Part shown: piece after piece, positions 19,795 to 29,567 of the stretch
Numbering within the stretch: the stretch's first letter is position 1
How the letters are laid out: every line of letters begins with the position of its first letter
Assembly: GCA_016873255.1 (NCBI GenBank)
Contig: VGXR01000009.1
Span: forward strand, 610 to 64,609
Direction: 5' to 3'
Source of the DNA: Planctomycetota bacterium
GTDB taxonomy: Bacteria > Planctomycetota > Phycisphaerae > Phycisphaerales > SM1A02
DNA: 64,000 bases
The notes under the pieces: model-generated
Seen by the model: only the letters and a program-made list of their open reading frames with translations
The model's database searches: none
Told to the model about the DNA's origin: nothing
Translations under genes and position numbers: made by a program

Positions 19795-20528
19795 GCGGTG
19801 CGCAGGACGCGGTTGCGGCTCTCGAGGCGCTGACCGGGCACGCGTTCCGCGACCCGGGGCTGGTGCGCACCGCGCTGGTGCACTCGTCGGCGGCGGAGCG
19901 GCGCGTCGACAGCAACGAGCGGCTCGAGTTCCTCGGCGACTCCGCGCTCGGGTTCATCGTCTGCACGTACCTCTACGCGGCCCGTCCCGACCTGCTCGAA
20001 GGCGAGCTGACGAAGGTGAAGTCCAACGTGGTGAGCGGCCGCGTCCTCGCGGAACTGGCGCTCGAGTGCGGCCTTGACCGGCTGATGACCATCGACAAGG
20101 GCGTGCGCGGCCGGCAGGGCCTGCCCGAGAGCCCGCTTGCGGGCGTGTTCGAGTCCGTGGTCGGCGCGCTGTTCCTCGACGGCGGGCTGGAAGCGGCGCG
20201 GTCGTTCGTGCTGCCGCTCATGGAGCGGCGGATCGAGGCCGCGCTGCGGCTCGGGCACCAGCAGAACTTCAAGCAGGTGCTGCAGCAGTGCCTCGCCCAG
20301 CTTGACATGGGGCTGCCGCAGTACACGGTGCTCGACGAGCAGGGCCCCGACCACGCGAAGGCGTTCGAGATCTGCGTGCAGGCGGGGGCGCGGCGCTTCG
20401 GCGGCGCGTGGGGATCCAGCAAGAAGCAGGCCGAGCAGCTTGCGGCGCTGACGGCGCTGCGGGAACTTGGGCTTGCGGAGGACACCGCCGACGGCGAGGT
20501 CCGGATCGTGTGGCCGACGGCGGGGTAA
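19791..20528 (+). CDS. rnc: ribonuclease III
   Basis: In frame with ORF 19476..20528. NERLEFLGDSALG signature and a dsRBD at the C-terminus. The TAA stop is fused to repeat copy 3R. Confidence 0.9.
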   Translation: MSGAQDAVAALEALTGHAFRDPGLVRTALVHSSAAERRVDSNERLEFLGDSALGFIVCTYLYAARPDLLEGELTKVKSNVVSGRVLAELALECGLDRLMTIDKGVRGRQGLPESPLAGVFESVVGALFLDGGLEAARSFVLPLMERRIEAALRLGHQQNFKQVLQQCLAQLDMGLPQYTVLDEQGPDHAKAFEICVQAGARRFGGAWGSSKKQAEQLAALTALRELGLAEDTADGEVRIVWPTAG

Positions 20529-20587
20529 GTCCGCTCCGGCAAATCCGCTCCGGTGCATCCGCTCCTGGTCAATCTCGGCACCAATTC
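20529..20587 (+). repeat. GGCACCAATTG-repeat family, copy 3R with a triplicated 5' module
   Basis: GTCCGCTCCGGCAAATCCGCTCCGGTGCATCCGCTCCTGGTCAATCTCGGCACCAATTC. TCCGCTCC recurs at 20530, 20544 and 20558 (14-nt period). Confidence 0.8.
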
Positions 20588-20620
20588 TTGGGGGCGCGCA
20601 CCTGCCTTCCCGCGGTCGAG

Positions 20621-20650
20621 ATTGGTGCCAAACTAACCAGGAGCGAACTT
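20621..20650 (-). repeat. GGCACCAATTG-repeat family, copy 3F (contains the last 5 codons and TAG of aroK)
   Basis: ATTGGTGCCAAACTAACCAGGAGCGAACTT. Lies 33 bp from copy 3R in inverted orientation. Confidence 0.85.
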
Positions 20651-21184
20651 CAGCAGGCGCTCGAGCGTCGCGGCGGTGTCGCCGTCGGTGGTGACGGTCG
20701 CGTCGGCCAGCGCCCGGTAGGCGGGCATGCGTCGCTCCGCAAGGAGCGCGGCTTCCTCCGCGAAGTTCGCCCCCAGGAGGAGGGGGCGATCGCCGGGTGC
20801 CACCGCAAGGCGAGCGCCGAGCACCGCGGGCGCGGCATCGAGCAGCACGATGCGGATGCGGCCCTGCGCGCGCGCGGCCTCGAGCATCTCTCGCGCGCCC
20901 GGCGCCGTGGGCGTGCCGCCTCCGAGGGCGATCACCGCACGGCCGCACGCCGGGTCGGCAAGCACCTCGGCCAGCGCGCGCGCCTCGGCGGCTCGGAACG
21001 CGGGTTCGCCCGCGGCGCGGAACATCGCGCTCACGGATGCGTGGCCGCTTCCGGCGACGGTGCGATCGTCGAGATCGATGAACGGAACCCTCGCACGGGC
21101 CGCGAGCAGCCTGCCGAGGGTGGTCTTTCCGGATCCGCGCAGCCCGATCAGGACCGTCGCGGGGCGATGATGGAGGTCTCCCAC
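20633..21184 (-). CDS. aroK: shikimate kinase
   Basis: 183-aa ORF. LIGLRGSGKTTLGRLLA P-loop and FIDLDD. The C-terminal KFAPG plus TAG are encoded by repeat copy 3F. Confidence 0.85.
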   Translation of the reverse strand: MGDLHHRPATVLIGLRGSGKTTLGRLLAARARVPFIDLDDRTVAGSGHASVSAMFRAAGEPAFRAAEARALAEVLADPACGRAVIALGGGTPTAPGAREMLEAARAQGRIRIVLLDAAPAVLGARLAVAPGDRPLLLGANFAEEAALLAERRMPAYRALADATVTTDGDTAATLERLLKFAPG

Positions 21185-21188
21185 CTGC

Positions 21189-21323
21189 TCAGCGGACGCG
21201 GATGGCGCGGCCGACGCGACGCTTGCGGTTCAGGATGGCGCGGCCCTTGCGCGTCTTCATGCGGGCGCGGAACCCGATCTTGCGAACCTTCTTGATGCGG
21301 CTGATTCTGTGCGGGTAGTGCAT
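21189..21323 (-). CDS. rpmH: 50S ribosomal protein L34
   Basis: Too short for the ORF track. Manual reverse translation gives MHYPHRISRIKKVRKIGFRARMKTRKGRAILNRKRRVGRAIRVR (44 aa). This matches the L34 pattern xxKRxRxHGFRxRMxTxxGRxxLxxRRxKGR. Confidence 0.9.
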   Translation of the reverse strand: MHYPHRISRIKKVRKIGFRARMKTRKGRAILNRKRRVGRAIRVR

Positions 21324-21436
21324 GGCTGGTTCCGGGGAGCCAAGCAGTGTAGCGGGGAGCGGGTTGCGGTGGAAGCGCCGACGAGGTGTCCTCCGCGACG
21401 GCGATTATCGGCGCACGCGGCTGCCCCGGGCGGGAG

Positions 21437-21482
21437 TTCTCCAGAGAGAGGAAATGGTGCCGAACGAACCAGGAGCGGATTT
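21437..21482 (-). repeat. GGCACCAATTG-repeat family, copy 4F (fused to the phoU TAA stop)
   Basis: TTCTCCAGAGAGAGGAAATGGTGCCGAACGAACCAGGAGCGGATTT followed by A. The reverse complement reads gagTAAATCCGCTCCTGGTTCGTTCGGCACC. Confidence 0.9.
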
Positions 21483-22137
21483 ACTCGCCGTGGCGGACGA
21501 CGCGGCCCTCGACGAGGAAGATGACGTCCTCGGCGATGTTGGTGGCGATGTCGGCGATGCGCTCGAGGCGCTGCGCGATCTGCATCATGTCGATCGCCTC
21601 GGCGGTGCGCGTGACGTCGTCCTGGATCAGCTGCCGGCTCATTGCCACAACCTCCTTGTTGAGGTTGTCCACCTGGCGGTCGGCGCGGCGCACCTCGCGG
21701 CAGCGGTCGGCGTCCTCGTCGCTCAGGGCCGCGAGCACGTCGGCGAGCATCGCCTGCGCGGCCGAGGCCATGTCGCAGAGCGCGCCCGGCACCTCGGTGG
21801 GACCGTTGCCCGCGGACCAGCGGATCACCTTCTTGGCGATGCCGCGGCTCAGGTCGGCGATGCGCTCGAAGTCCGACGAGATGCGCACCACGCTCAGCAC
21901 GAAGCGCAGGTCGTGGGCCACGGGCGCGCCGAGCGCGAGGATCCGCATGCACTGCGTCTCGAGCTCCACCTCCATGGTGTCGACCTCGGTGTCGCCCGCC
22001 TTCACCTCCTGCGCGGCGGCGATGTCGCCGTCCACGAGCGCCCGGCTTGCGAGGGCCACCCGTCGCTCGGTGGCGGCGCCCATCGCGAGCAGGCTGCGGC
22101 GGAGGTTGAGGATCTCGGTCTGGAGGTCGATGGCCAT
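21481..22137 (-). CDS. phoU: phosphate signalling complex protein PhoU
   Basis: ORF 21481..22515, trimmed to ATG 22137 (MAIDLQTEILNL). Two PhoU repeats with the ExxRIADxAxNIAE-type motif (FERIADLSRGIAKK, LERIADIATNIAED). Confidence 0.9.
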   Translation of the reverse strand: MAIDLQTEILNLRRSLLAMGAATERRVALASRALVDGDIAAAQEVKAGDTEVDTMEVELETQCMRILALGAPVAHDLRFVLSVVRISSDFERIADLSRGIAKKVIRWSAGNGPTEVPGALCDMASAAQAMLADVLAALSDEDADRCREVRRADRQVDNLNKEVVAMSRQLIQDDVTRTAEAIDMMQIAQRLERIADIATNIAEDVIFLVEGRVVRHGE

Positions 22138-22226
22138 GGTGTGGTTTCGGTTCGGATCGGGTTCAGGAGGTCGATTGCGGGCGTGCGCGTCCCTCGGCGC
22201 GGGGGCGCGGGCCCCCGGGCCGGTGC

Positions 22227-23150
22227 TCAGCCGAAGCGCCCGGAGACGTAGTCCTCGGTCTGCTTGCTCTGCGGGTTGGTGAAGATGCGGTCGGTGTCGC
22301 CCGCCTCGACGAGCGAGCCTTCGTAGAAGAACGCCGTGCGGTCGCTGACGCGCGCGGCCTGCTGCATGTTGTGGGTGACGATGACGATCGTGTACTGGCT
22401 CTCGAGCTCGCGGATCAGCTGCTCGATGCTGGCCGTCGACCGCGGGTCGAGCGCGGAGCAGGGCTCGTCCATCAGGAGCACCTCGGGCCCCACCGCCACG
22501 GCGCGCGCGATGCACAGGCGCTGCTGCTGGCCGCCCGACAGGCCGAGCGCGCTCGCGCCCAGGCGGTCCTTCACCTCGTCCCAGAGCGCCGCGGCGCGCA
22601 GCGAGCTCTCGACGAGCTCGTCGAGGTCATGGCGCGCGAACTTGCGGTGGAGGCGCGGGCCGAACGCCACGTTGTCGTAGATCGACTTCGGGAACGGGTT
22701 GGGCTTCTGGAACACCATGCCCACGCGCCGCCGCAGCTCGACCACGTCGCGCTGCGGCGCGAGCAGGTCCTCGCCGTCGAGCTGCAGCCGCCCGCCGGCG
22801 CGCGCGCCGACGATGGCATCGTTCATGCGGTTGATCCACCGCAGGCACGTGCTCTTGCCGCACCCCGAGGGTCCGATGAACGCGGTCACCTGGCGCCGCG
22901 GGATCTCGAGCGAGATGCCCTTGAGCGCGTGGAAGTCGCCGTACCAGGCGTCGAAGCCCTGCGCGCTGATGGCGATGCCGTCCGGGGCCACGGGTCCCGG
23001 GACCTTCGCCGCGGGCGTGGGCGTTCGGACTTGCAGGTCGCCGTTGGGTCGTCCTGCGGCGGGTGCGCCCGGCGCCGTTGCGAGGGGCGGCTGCGGGGAG
23101 GCGGTGGCCTGTGCGGGAGTCGTCATGGTGGCGCTCGATGCGGCGGTCAT
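22227..23150 (-). CDS. pstB: phosphate ABC transporter ATP-binding protein
   Basis: [11 protein letters not shown] Walker [15 protein letters not shown] signature, LLMDEP Walker B. An Ala/Pro-rich N-terminal extension of about 60 aa applies if the annotated start is used. Confidence 0.9.
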   Translation of the reverse strand: MTAASSATMTTPAQATASPQPPLATAPGAPAAGRPNGDLQVRTPTPAAKVPGPVAPDGIAISAQGFDAWYGDFHALKGISLEIPRRQVTAFIGPSGCGKSTCLRWINRMNDAIVGARAGGRLQLDGEDLLAPQRDVVELRRRVGMVFQKPNPFPKSIYDNVAFGPRLHRKFARHDLDELVESSLRAAALWDEVKDRLGASALGLSGGQQQRLCIARAVAVGPEVLLMDEPCSALDPRSTASIEQLIRELESQYTIVIVTHNMQQAARVSDRTAFFYEGSLVEAGDTDRIFTNPQSKQTEDYVSGRFG

Positions 23151-23157
23151 GGCGTGT

Positions 23158-24135
23158 TCAGCCTGCGTTTCGCTGCAGCCGCTGGCGGATGACCACCGCG
23201 ACGGCGTTGAAGGTGAGGAGGACGGCGAGGAGGACGAGGATGGCCGCGGCGGCGAGTTCGCTGAACCCTGCCTGCGGCCGGTTGGCCCAGTAGTAGATCT
23301 GGAAGGGGAGGACCGTGAAGTCGCTCGTCAGGTTGGTGGGGACGCTCCTGATGAAGAGCGGCACGCCGAGCACGAGCATCGGCGCGGCCTCGCCGATGGC
23401 GCGGCTGATGGCCAGGATGGACCCCGTCATCACCATGGGCAGCGCCGACGGGAGCGTGACGTTCCAGGTGGACTGCCACTGCGTGGCGCCGAGCGCGAGC
23501 GCGCCGCCGCGGAGGCTGCGCGGAACCGAGCGCAGCGCCTCCTGGCTGGAGACGATCACGATGGGCAGCACCACGAGCATCAGCGTGAGCCCGCCCGCGA
23601 GCACGCCGTTGCCGAACGGGAACTGGATGAAGAACGGGCCCTCGGGGTTGCCGATCGAGATCGGCTGGTCCGCATCCACCGCGCCGAACATGCGCGCGAA
23701 GGCGGTGAGGCCGAGGATGCCGTACACGATGGACGGCACGCCGGCGAGGTTGGCGATGTTGAGCTTGATGAACGAGGTGAGCCGCGACTTGCGCGCGAAC
23801 TCCTCGAGGTAGAGCGCCGTGCCCACCCCCACCGGGATGGCCGTCAGCGCGCAGATGGCGCAGACCCAGACGCTTCCCCAGAGCGGCGCCTTCACGCCGG
23901 CGGCGTCGGGCTTGCGGCTGGTGAAGTTCTGCAGGAAGTCCCAGCCGAGGCGCTCGTGGCCCTGCCGCCACACGGTGATGAGGAGCACCGCGAGGATGCA
24001 CACCGCGAGGCCCGTGAACGCAAGGCACGCCACCAGGAACGCCCGGTCCGCCGCCGCGCGCAGCGCCGCCGAGGAGCGCGGCGCCGCGTCCACGATCTCG
24101 GCGGGGGATCGGACCTGCGCGGCCGCGGGCGACAT
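23158..24135 (-). CDS. pstA: phosphate ABC transporter permease PstA
   Basis: C-terminal 325 aa of ORF 23158..24981. ATG 24135 overlaps the pstC TGA (ATGA). Contains the EAA-like loop [22 protein letters not shown]. Confidence 0.9.
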   Translation of the reverse strand: MSPAAAQVRSPAEIVDAAPRSSAALRAAADRAFLVACLAFTGLAVCILAVLLITVWRQGHERLGWDFLQNFTSRKPDAAGVKAPLWGSVWVCAICALTAIPVGVGTALYLEEFARKSRLTSFIKLNIANLAGVPSIVYGILGLTAFARMFGAVDADQPISIGNPEGPFFIQFPFGNGVLAGGLTLMLVVLPIVIVSSQEALRSVPRSLRGGALALGATQWQSTWNVTLPSALPMVMTGSILAISRAIGEAAPMLVLGVPLFIRSVPTNLTSDFTVLPFQIYYWANRPQAGFSELAAAAILVLLAVLLTFNAVAVVIRQRLQRNAG

Positions 24136-25106
24136 CAGTCGTACTCCTCGCGGAAGCGCCTCAGGACGAGGTTCCCGAGCAGCGTCAGCCCCAGCGTGAT
24201 GGCGAAGAGGACCGCCGCCACCGCGTAGCTCGACTTGTACTCCACGCTCGGAGCCGGCGCATCGCCCGAGAAGATCTGGGCCATGTAGCCGGTCATGGTC
24301 TGCACCTCGTCGGCCGGGTTGAGCGTCATCTGCGGCCGGATGCCGGCCGCGAGCGCCACGATCATGGTCTCGCCGATGGCGCGCGTGATGGCAAGCAGCC
24401 AGCTGGCGACGATGCCGCTCAGCGCGGCGGGCACGACCACCTTGACGCTGGCGTCGAAGCGCGTGCTGCCCATGGCGTAGGCCGCGTCGCGCAGGCTCCT
24501 CGGGACGGCGCGGAGCGCGTCCTCGGAGAGGCTGATCACCACGGGCAGGATCATGATGCCCACGGCGAGGCCCGCGCTGAGCGCGTTGTAGGTGCCGAAG
24601 GACTCGCTGACGCGGTCGTGGAGGATCGGCGTGATCATGGTGACGGCGAAGTAGCCGTAGACCACGGTGGGGATGCCCGCCAGCACCTCGAGCACCGGCT
24701 TCAGCACCGACCGGACCTTCCGCGGCGCGTACTCGCTCAGGTAGACCGCGACGGCCAGCCCCGTCGGCAGCGCGAGCGCCGCGGCGATGGCCGTGATGAG
24801 CAGGGTGCCCGCCACCAGCGGCCAGATGCCGAACTTCTTCTCGGCGCCCAGGAGCGGGGTCCACTCCGAGCCGGTGAGGAAGTCCCACAGCGAGGCCTCC
24901 GGCATGGCCAGGAACTGCCCGGACTGCCACAGCAGGATCGCGAGGATCGTGAAGGTCGACGCCACCGACAGCATGGCGCACGCGAAGAGCGATCCCTTGA
25001 CCAGGCGCTCGGTCGCCACGATCCCGCGGCGCGAACGCTCCTTCCCGCGCCGGCTCGCGGCGGCGGCGGACTGGGCGGCGGCGGAGACGGCGGCGGCGGT
25101 CTGCAT
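24135..25106 (-). CDS. pstC: phosphate ABC transporter permease PstC
   Basis: 323-aa [27 protein letters not shown] loop and six hydrophobic segments. Confidence 0.9.
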   Translation of the reverse strand: MQTAAAVSAAAQSAAAASRRGKERSRRGIVATERLVKGSLFACAMLSVASTFTILAILLWQSGQFLAMPEASLWDFLTGSEWTPLLGAEKKFGIWPLVAGTLLITAIAAALALPTGLAVAVYLSEYAPRKVRSVLKPVLEVLAGIPTVVYGYFAVTMITPILHDRVSESFGTYNALSAGLAVGIMILPVVISLSEDALRAVPRSLRDAAYAMGSTRFDASVKVVVPAALSGIVASWLLAITRAIGETMIVALAAGIRPQMTLNPADEVQTMTGYMAQIFSGDAPAPSVEYKSSYAVAAVLFAITLGLTLLGNLVLRRFREEYD

Positions 25107-25157
25107 GGCAGGGGCCCGTCGGGGCCCGGATCCTACCGGGCCGCCACCGGGGTCAGG

Positions 25158-26147
25158 TCACTTGTAGATCTCGGCGAGCGGGCCGTGGCGGTCCTTGCCG
25201 TCGGCATCGAGGAACTGCGAACCGGTGCGCCTGGCGGCGAGGTTTGCCTTGGCGCGGTCGATGATGGCGGCGGGCAGCTTCACGTAGCCGACCTCGCCGA
25301 CCAGTTCGGACGCGTGGTCGAGCGCGTACCTCGCGAACGCCGCCGCCGCGGGCTTGTCGAGCGAGGCCCGGTTGACGTAGATGAAGAGCGGGCGGCTGAA
25401 CGGCGCGTAGCTGCCGTCCTCGATGCTCTCCGGCGTGGGGCCGACCGCCTTCCTGGTGGCGGGGTTGACCACCGGCACCGCGCGCAGGCGCGACTTGTTC
25501 TCCGCGTAGTACGCGTAGCCGAAGAAGCCGATCGCGTTGCGGTCGCCCTCCACCCCGCGCACGAGCACGTTGTCGTCCTCGCCCACCGACATGTCGGCGC
25601 GGATCTTCCCTTCCTTGCCGGCCACCACTTCCTTGAAGTAGTCGAACGTGCCGCTGTCGGTGCCCGGCGAGAAGACCCGGATGGGGTCTGCCGGCCACGA
25701 AGGGTCCACGTCCTTCCAGGTCTTTGCGGCGGTGCCGGCGAGGAAGATCGCCTTCACCTGCTCGATGGTGAGTTCCTTGACCCAGGTGTTGCCGGTGTTG
25801 ACGACGATGGTGAGGCCGTCGAAGGCCACGGGCAGCTCGATGAACTCGATCCGCTTCGCCTTGCACGCATCCGCCTCGCTCTTCTTGATGGCACGCGATG
25901 CGCTGGACATGTCGATCTCGCCGGCGCCGAAGCGCTTGAACCCGCCGCCCGTCCCGGATATGCCGACGGTGACCTCGACGCCGGGGGCGGCCTTGGAGAA
26001 CTCCTCGGCCACGGCCTCGGCGATGGGGAACACGGTGGAGGATCCGTCGAGCTTGACGGTGCCCTTCAGCGCCTTGGTGTCCTGGGCGGGCGCGAGCGCC
26101 AGCGCGAGGAGGGCGCCGGCGGAGACGAGGAGGGCTTGCATCTTCAT
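25158..26147 (-). CDS. pstS: phosphate ABC transporter substrate-binding protein
   Basis: ORF 25158..26249, trimmed to ATG 26147 (MKMQALLVSAGALLALALAPA signal). DGSSTVFPI and SGTGGGFKRF are PstS-family motifs. Confidence 0.9.
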   Translation of the reverse strand: MKMQALLVSAGALLALALAPAQDTKALKGTVKLDGSSTVFPIAEAVAEEFSKAAPGVEVTVGISGTGGGFKRFGAGEIDMSSASRAIKKSEADACKAKRIEFIELPVAFDGLTIVVNTGNTWVKELTIEQVKAIFLAGTAAKTWKDVDPSWPADPIRVFSPGTDSGTFDYFKEVVAGKEGKIRADMSVGEDDNVLVRGVEGDRNAIGFFGYAYYAENKSRLRAVPVVNPATRKAVGPTPESIEDGSYAPFSRPLFIYVNRASLDKPAAAAFARYALDHASELVGEVGYVKLPAAIIDRAKANLAARRTGSQFLDADGKDRHGPLAEIYK

Positions 26148-26166
26148 GGGGTGTTCTCTTCGTGCC

Positions 26167-27501
26167 TCAGGCGGTGCGGCGTGACTCGCCGCGGTCGTTC
26201 GGTCCGGCCTCCGGCAGGGGGAAGTTCCGGGCCGTGGATTCCACCACAAGCGGCAGGCGGATGCGGAACGTGCTCCCGTGCTGGGAATCGGTGCGGCTCT
26301 CCACGCTCACCGACCCGCCGTGGACCTGCGCCACGTGCTTGACGATGGCCAGCCCCAGGCCCGTGCCGCCGGATTCCCGGCTGCGGGCGCGGTCGACCCG
26401 GTAGAAGCGCTCGAAGAGGCGCGCGCGGTGCACCTCGGGGATGCCGGGGCCGCGGTCGGTCACCGCGATCACGGCGGCGTCGCCCTCGGCAGCGGCGTCG
26501 ACGCGCACGACCGAGTCGGACGGGCCGTACTTCACCGCGTTCGACACGAGGTTTCCGACCGCGTGCGCGAGCAGCCCCGCGTTGCCGTTGACCCAGAGGC
26601 ACGGGTCGATGTGCGGCTCGATGGTGATGCCCTTGTCGCGCGCGCCTGCGGTGGCCTGCTCGACGGCCTCGGCCACCACGCCCGCGAGTCGCACCGGCGA
26701 GGTGGTGATGCTCTCGCGCGCGGAGGGTTCCTCCAGCCCGGAGAGGAGGAGCAGGTCGTCGATGATGGCGCCGAGGCGCGCGGAGCTGCGCAGGATGGTG
26801 CGCGCGAAGCGGGCTGCCTCGGGCTGGAGCTCGAAGCTCTCGACGAGCGTCTCGGCGTAGCCGCGGATGCTGGTGATGGGCGTGCGCAGCTCGTGGCTGA
26901 CGTTGGCGACGAACTCCGTGCGCAGGGCCTCGAGCCGGCGGAGCTCCGTCCGGTCCTCGAGCACGAGGAGCAGCTGCGCCGAGCCGACGGCATCCGAGAG
27001 CGGCACCACCGTGCAGCCGGCGCGGTGCATGCCGGCCTCGGAGGAGAGCTCGAGCTCCGATTCCGCGCTGCGGGCGGCGGCGCGCGCCTGGGCGATCAGC
27101 GACGCGAGTTCGGGGCTTCGGGCGATCTCGCCGAGGAGGCGTCCCTCCGCCGGCCGGCCCTCGGTGCCGAGGAGCCCGGCCGCGGCGGGGTTGATGGTGA
27201 TGATGCGGTCGAGCCCGTCGATGGCGATGATCCCCGCGGGCGCATGCTCGAGGATGGCGCGGAGCTCGGAGAGCGCGGTGTCGAGCCGGGCCGCTTCGTC
27301 GGCGGCCTTGCGCGCGCCGCGCACGGGGTCGGCGTGGTCGCCGCCGAGCGTTCCCAGCGCCGCGCGGATGCGGCGGAGCTCCGTGGCGCGCCGGGCGAGG
27401 AGCCACGCCACCGCCGAAAGCGCCGCCGCGGCCACCGCTGCGGCAAGGAGGAACGGCACGAGGTACGAGGAGGCTTCCGGGCCCGTCTCCATCGGCGCCA
27501 C
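26167..27501 (-). CDS. phoR: phosphate regulon sensor histidine kinase
   Basis: 444-aa ORF with TM, PAS-like region, H-box FVANVSHELRTPITSI, and N/G boxes (NAVKY, DRGPGIP, GGTGLGLAIV). Located between phoB and pstS. Confidence 0.85.
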   Translation of the reverse strand: MAPMETGPEASSYLVPFLLAAAVAAAALSAVAWLLARRATELRRIRAALGTLGGDHADPVRGARKAADEAARLDTALSELRAILEHAPAGIIAIDGLDRIITINPAAAGLLGTEGRPAEGRLLGEIARSPELASLIAQARAAARSAESELELSSEAGMHRAGCTVVPLSDAVGSAQLLLVLEDRTELRRLEALRTEFVANVSHELRTPITSIRGYAETLVESFELQPEAARFARTILRSSARLGAIIDDLLLLSGLEEPSARESITTSPVRLAGVVAEAVEQATAGARDKGITIEPHIDPCLWVNGNAGLLAHAVGNLVSNAVKYGPSDSVVRVDAAAEGDAAVIAVTDRGPGIPEVHRARLFERFYRVDRARSRESGGTGLGLAIVKHVAQVHGGSVSVESRTDSQHGSTFRIRLPLVVESTARNFPLPEAGPNDRGESRRTA

Positions 27502-27502
27502 G

Positions 27503-28216
27503 CTACCCGACCGCCACCGGCGTCTCGCAGAAGCGGTAGCCGATGCCGCGCACCGTCTCGACGCAGCCGGAGAGGCCGCCGAGCTTCTTGCGCAGGGCGG
27601 TCACGTGGACGTCGATGGTGCGGCTTGAAAGCACCACGTTGCGGCCGTGTACGGCGGCGATGATCTGGTCGCGCGTGCGCACGAAGCCGGGGCGCTGCGC
27701 GAGGTGGTTGAGGATGCCGAACTCCGTGACGGTGAGGTCGGTCTGCTGGCCGTCGATGGTGATGACGTGGCGGTCGGGGTCGATCACCAGGCGGCCGTCG
27801 ATCCGCTCCATGCGGTTGTCGACCGGGATCTGCTGGAGCTCGGCGCGGCGGCGCAGCACGGCGCGCACGCGCGCCATCAGGACGCGCGGGCTGAAGGGCT
27901 TGACCACGTAGTCGTCGGCGCCCATCTCCAGTCCGGTCACCACGTCCGACTCCTCGCCCTTGGCGGTGACCATCACCACCGGGATCTCCCGGGTCTCGGG
28001 CCACTGCTTCAGGCGCCGGCACACCTCGAGCCCACCCACGTCCGGGAGCATGAGGTCGAGGACGATGACATCGGGCGCGTTCTTCTTGACGAGGTCCACG
28101 GCGAGCTTGCCCGCCCCCACGATCTCGGTGCCCATGCCCTCGCGCTCGCAGTGGAAGCGGATGAGGTCAGCGATGTCCGGCTCATCTTCGACGATCAGGA
28201 CTTGGGGCTTCGTCAT
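27503..28216 (-). CDS. phoB: OmpR-family response regulator (PhoB-like)
   Basis: 237-aa ORF. REC domain (LIVEDEPDI, VLDLMLPD, KPF) plus winged-helix output (LTVTEFGILNHL, RTIDVHVTALRKKL, VRGIGYRF). Confidence 0.9.
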   Translation of the reverse strand: MTKPQVLIVEDEPDIADLIRFHCEREGMGTEIVGAGKLAVDLVKKNAPDVIVLDLMLPDVGGLEVCRRLKQWPETREIPVVMVTAKGEESDVVTGLEMGADDYVVKPFSPRVLMARVRAVLRRRAELQQIPVDNRMERIDGRLVIDPDRHVITIDGQQTDLTVTEFGILNHLAQRPGFVRTRDQIIAAVHGRNVVLSSRTIDVHVTALRKKLGGLSGCVETVRGIGYRFCETPVAVG

Positions 28217-28273
28217 TGGACTTCCGTGTGCCAGAGGGACGAGTACTCGGGCAGGAGTGTGCCGGATGCGCGT

Positions 28274-29434
28274 TCAGTATCTGTTCAATCCGCATTCATC
28301 CGCGGTGCGGATTCGCAGCCACGTGCCCGGAATCGGCCGTGGGAGCGCGGAATCGGGGGTCGTGGCCGGGCGGTGGGTCACCTGCGGCAGGGAAACATCG
28401 GTGCCGTCCTGCGCGAGGGCTCCCAGGACCGCCCATCCGAGCGCCTCGCGGGCGGCCACCGGAATGCCCAGCCGGTCGGAGGGCTGCACGGCGACCCCGG
28501 CTGCGTGCGCGATGGCCCGCGCGAGCCGCGCGTGCCGGGCGCCGCCGCCAGCGAGCACCGCATCCGACACGCCACGCGCGGCGAGCGCCCGGCCGATGGC
28601 CGTGCCGATGGCGTCGGCGGCCGTGGCGAGGAGGTCGGCAGGGGCCAGCGCACCGAGGTGGCGGTCGATCCACGCGAACGCCTCGTCGCCCGTCCCCAGG
28701 CTGCGGGCGCCCGGCTGCGGCGCGAGCAGTGCGGAGAGCTCGGCAAAGGCGCGTTCGTGGCGCTGCCCGGAGGCGGCGACGGCCCCGTCGGCGTCGAAGT
28801 CGCGCCCGAGGGCGGCGCGCGCGGCGCGGTCGAGCAGCTGGTTGCATGCGCAGAGGTCCGCGCCGTGGATGGCGGCGACCTGGCGTGCCGGGGGCGCGCC
28901 TTGGTCGGCGGCAAGGATGGTTGCGTTGGCGAAGCCGCCGAGGTTGACGACCGCGCGCGCGTGCGGGGCGCGGTAGAGCACCCAGTCGCTGAGCGGCGTG
29001 AGCGGGGCGCCCTGGCCGCCGAGCGCCAGGTCCTGGCCGCGCAGGTCGAAGACCACGTCGCAGCCGAGCGCTGCCGCGATGGGGTGGGCGTTCAGGAGCT
29101 GGAGGCTCGTGGGCGGTCGGTGGAAGACCGTCTGGCCGTGGATGGCGGCGAGGTCGATGCGGGGCACCGCGGCCTCGCGCAGGAGCTCCGAGGCCTCGCG
29201 CGCGTGCAGCTCGCCGAGTTCGCGCGAGAGCTCGGCCAGTTCGCCCGCGGTGATCGGCTGCTGGTCGGCGGCCGCGCGCAGGCGCATGGCAAGCGTGCCG
29301 AGCGGGGCGCCCCGGAACGCGGCCAGCCGCGCGGACATGGACAGACCGGTGCCGCGGACCTCGGCGAGCGCAAGGTCGATGCCGTCGATGCTGGTGCCGG
29401 TCATCGCGCCGAGGACCAGTCGCGTGCGTTCCAT
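28274..29434 (-). CDS. anmK: anhydro-N-acetylmuramic acid kinase
   Basis: ORF 28274..29722, trimmed to ATG 29434 ([23 protein letters not shown]). VNLGGFAN and LAGGGARH blocks are typical of AnmK. Confidence 0.85.
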   Translation of the reverse strand: MERTRLVLGAMTGTSIDGIDLALAEVRGTGLSMSARLAAFRGAPLGTLAMRLRAAADQQPITAGELAELSRELGELHAREASELLREAAVPRIDLAAIHGQTVFHRPPTSLQLLNAHPIAAALGCDVVFDLRGQDLALGGQGAPLTPLSDWVLYRAPHARAVVNLGGFANATILAADQGAPPARQVAAIHGADLCACNQLLDRAARAALGRDFDADGAVAASGQRHERAFAELSALLAPQPGARSLGTGDEAFAWIDRHLGALAPADLLATAADAIGTAIGRALAARGVSDAVLAGGGARHARLARAIAHAAGVAVQPSDRLGIPVAAREALGWAVLGALAQDGTDVSLPQVTHRPATTPDSALPRPIPGTWLRIRTADECGLNRY

Positions 29435-29567
29435 GCGCGGATCGTCCCCGTGCCGGCGTGCGCGGTCAAGCGCGGGGGCGAGCGCCGACGCTCGGTGCGC
29501 GCGGCGGCCGAGCTGCGTGCCCGGCGCGCGCGGCCGATGCGGGGACGGGGCCCCGTACAATCGCGGG

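Noticed and set aside
21324-21350. Possible degenerate partner copy of the repeat (GGCTGGTTCCGGGGAGCCAAGCAG) opposite copy 4F.
   Set aside because: Only CTGGTTC and a few scattered positions match. That is not distinguishable from chance, so it is not counted as a copy.
28217-28320. Pho box upstream of phoB (TTCA-N7-TTCA in CTGTTCAATCCGCATTCATCC).
   Set aside because: There are only two 4-nt half sites inside the anmK coding end. The match is too weak to call without a genome-wide motif or a known planctomycete PhoB consensus.
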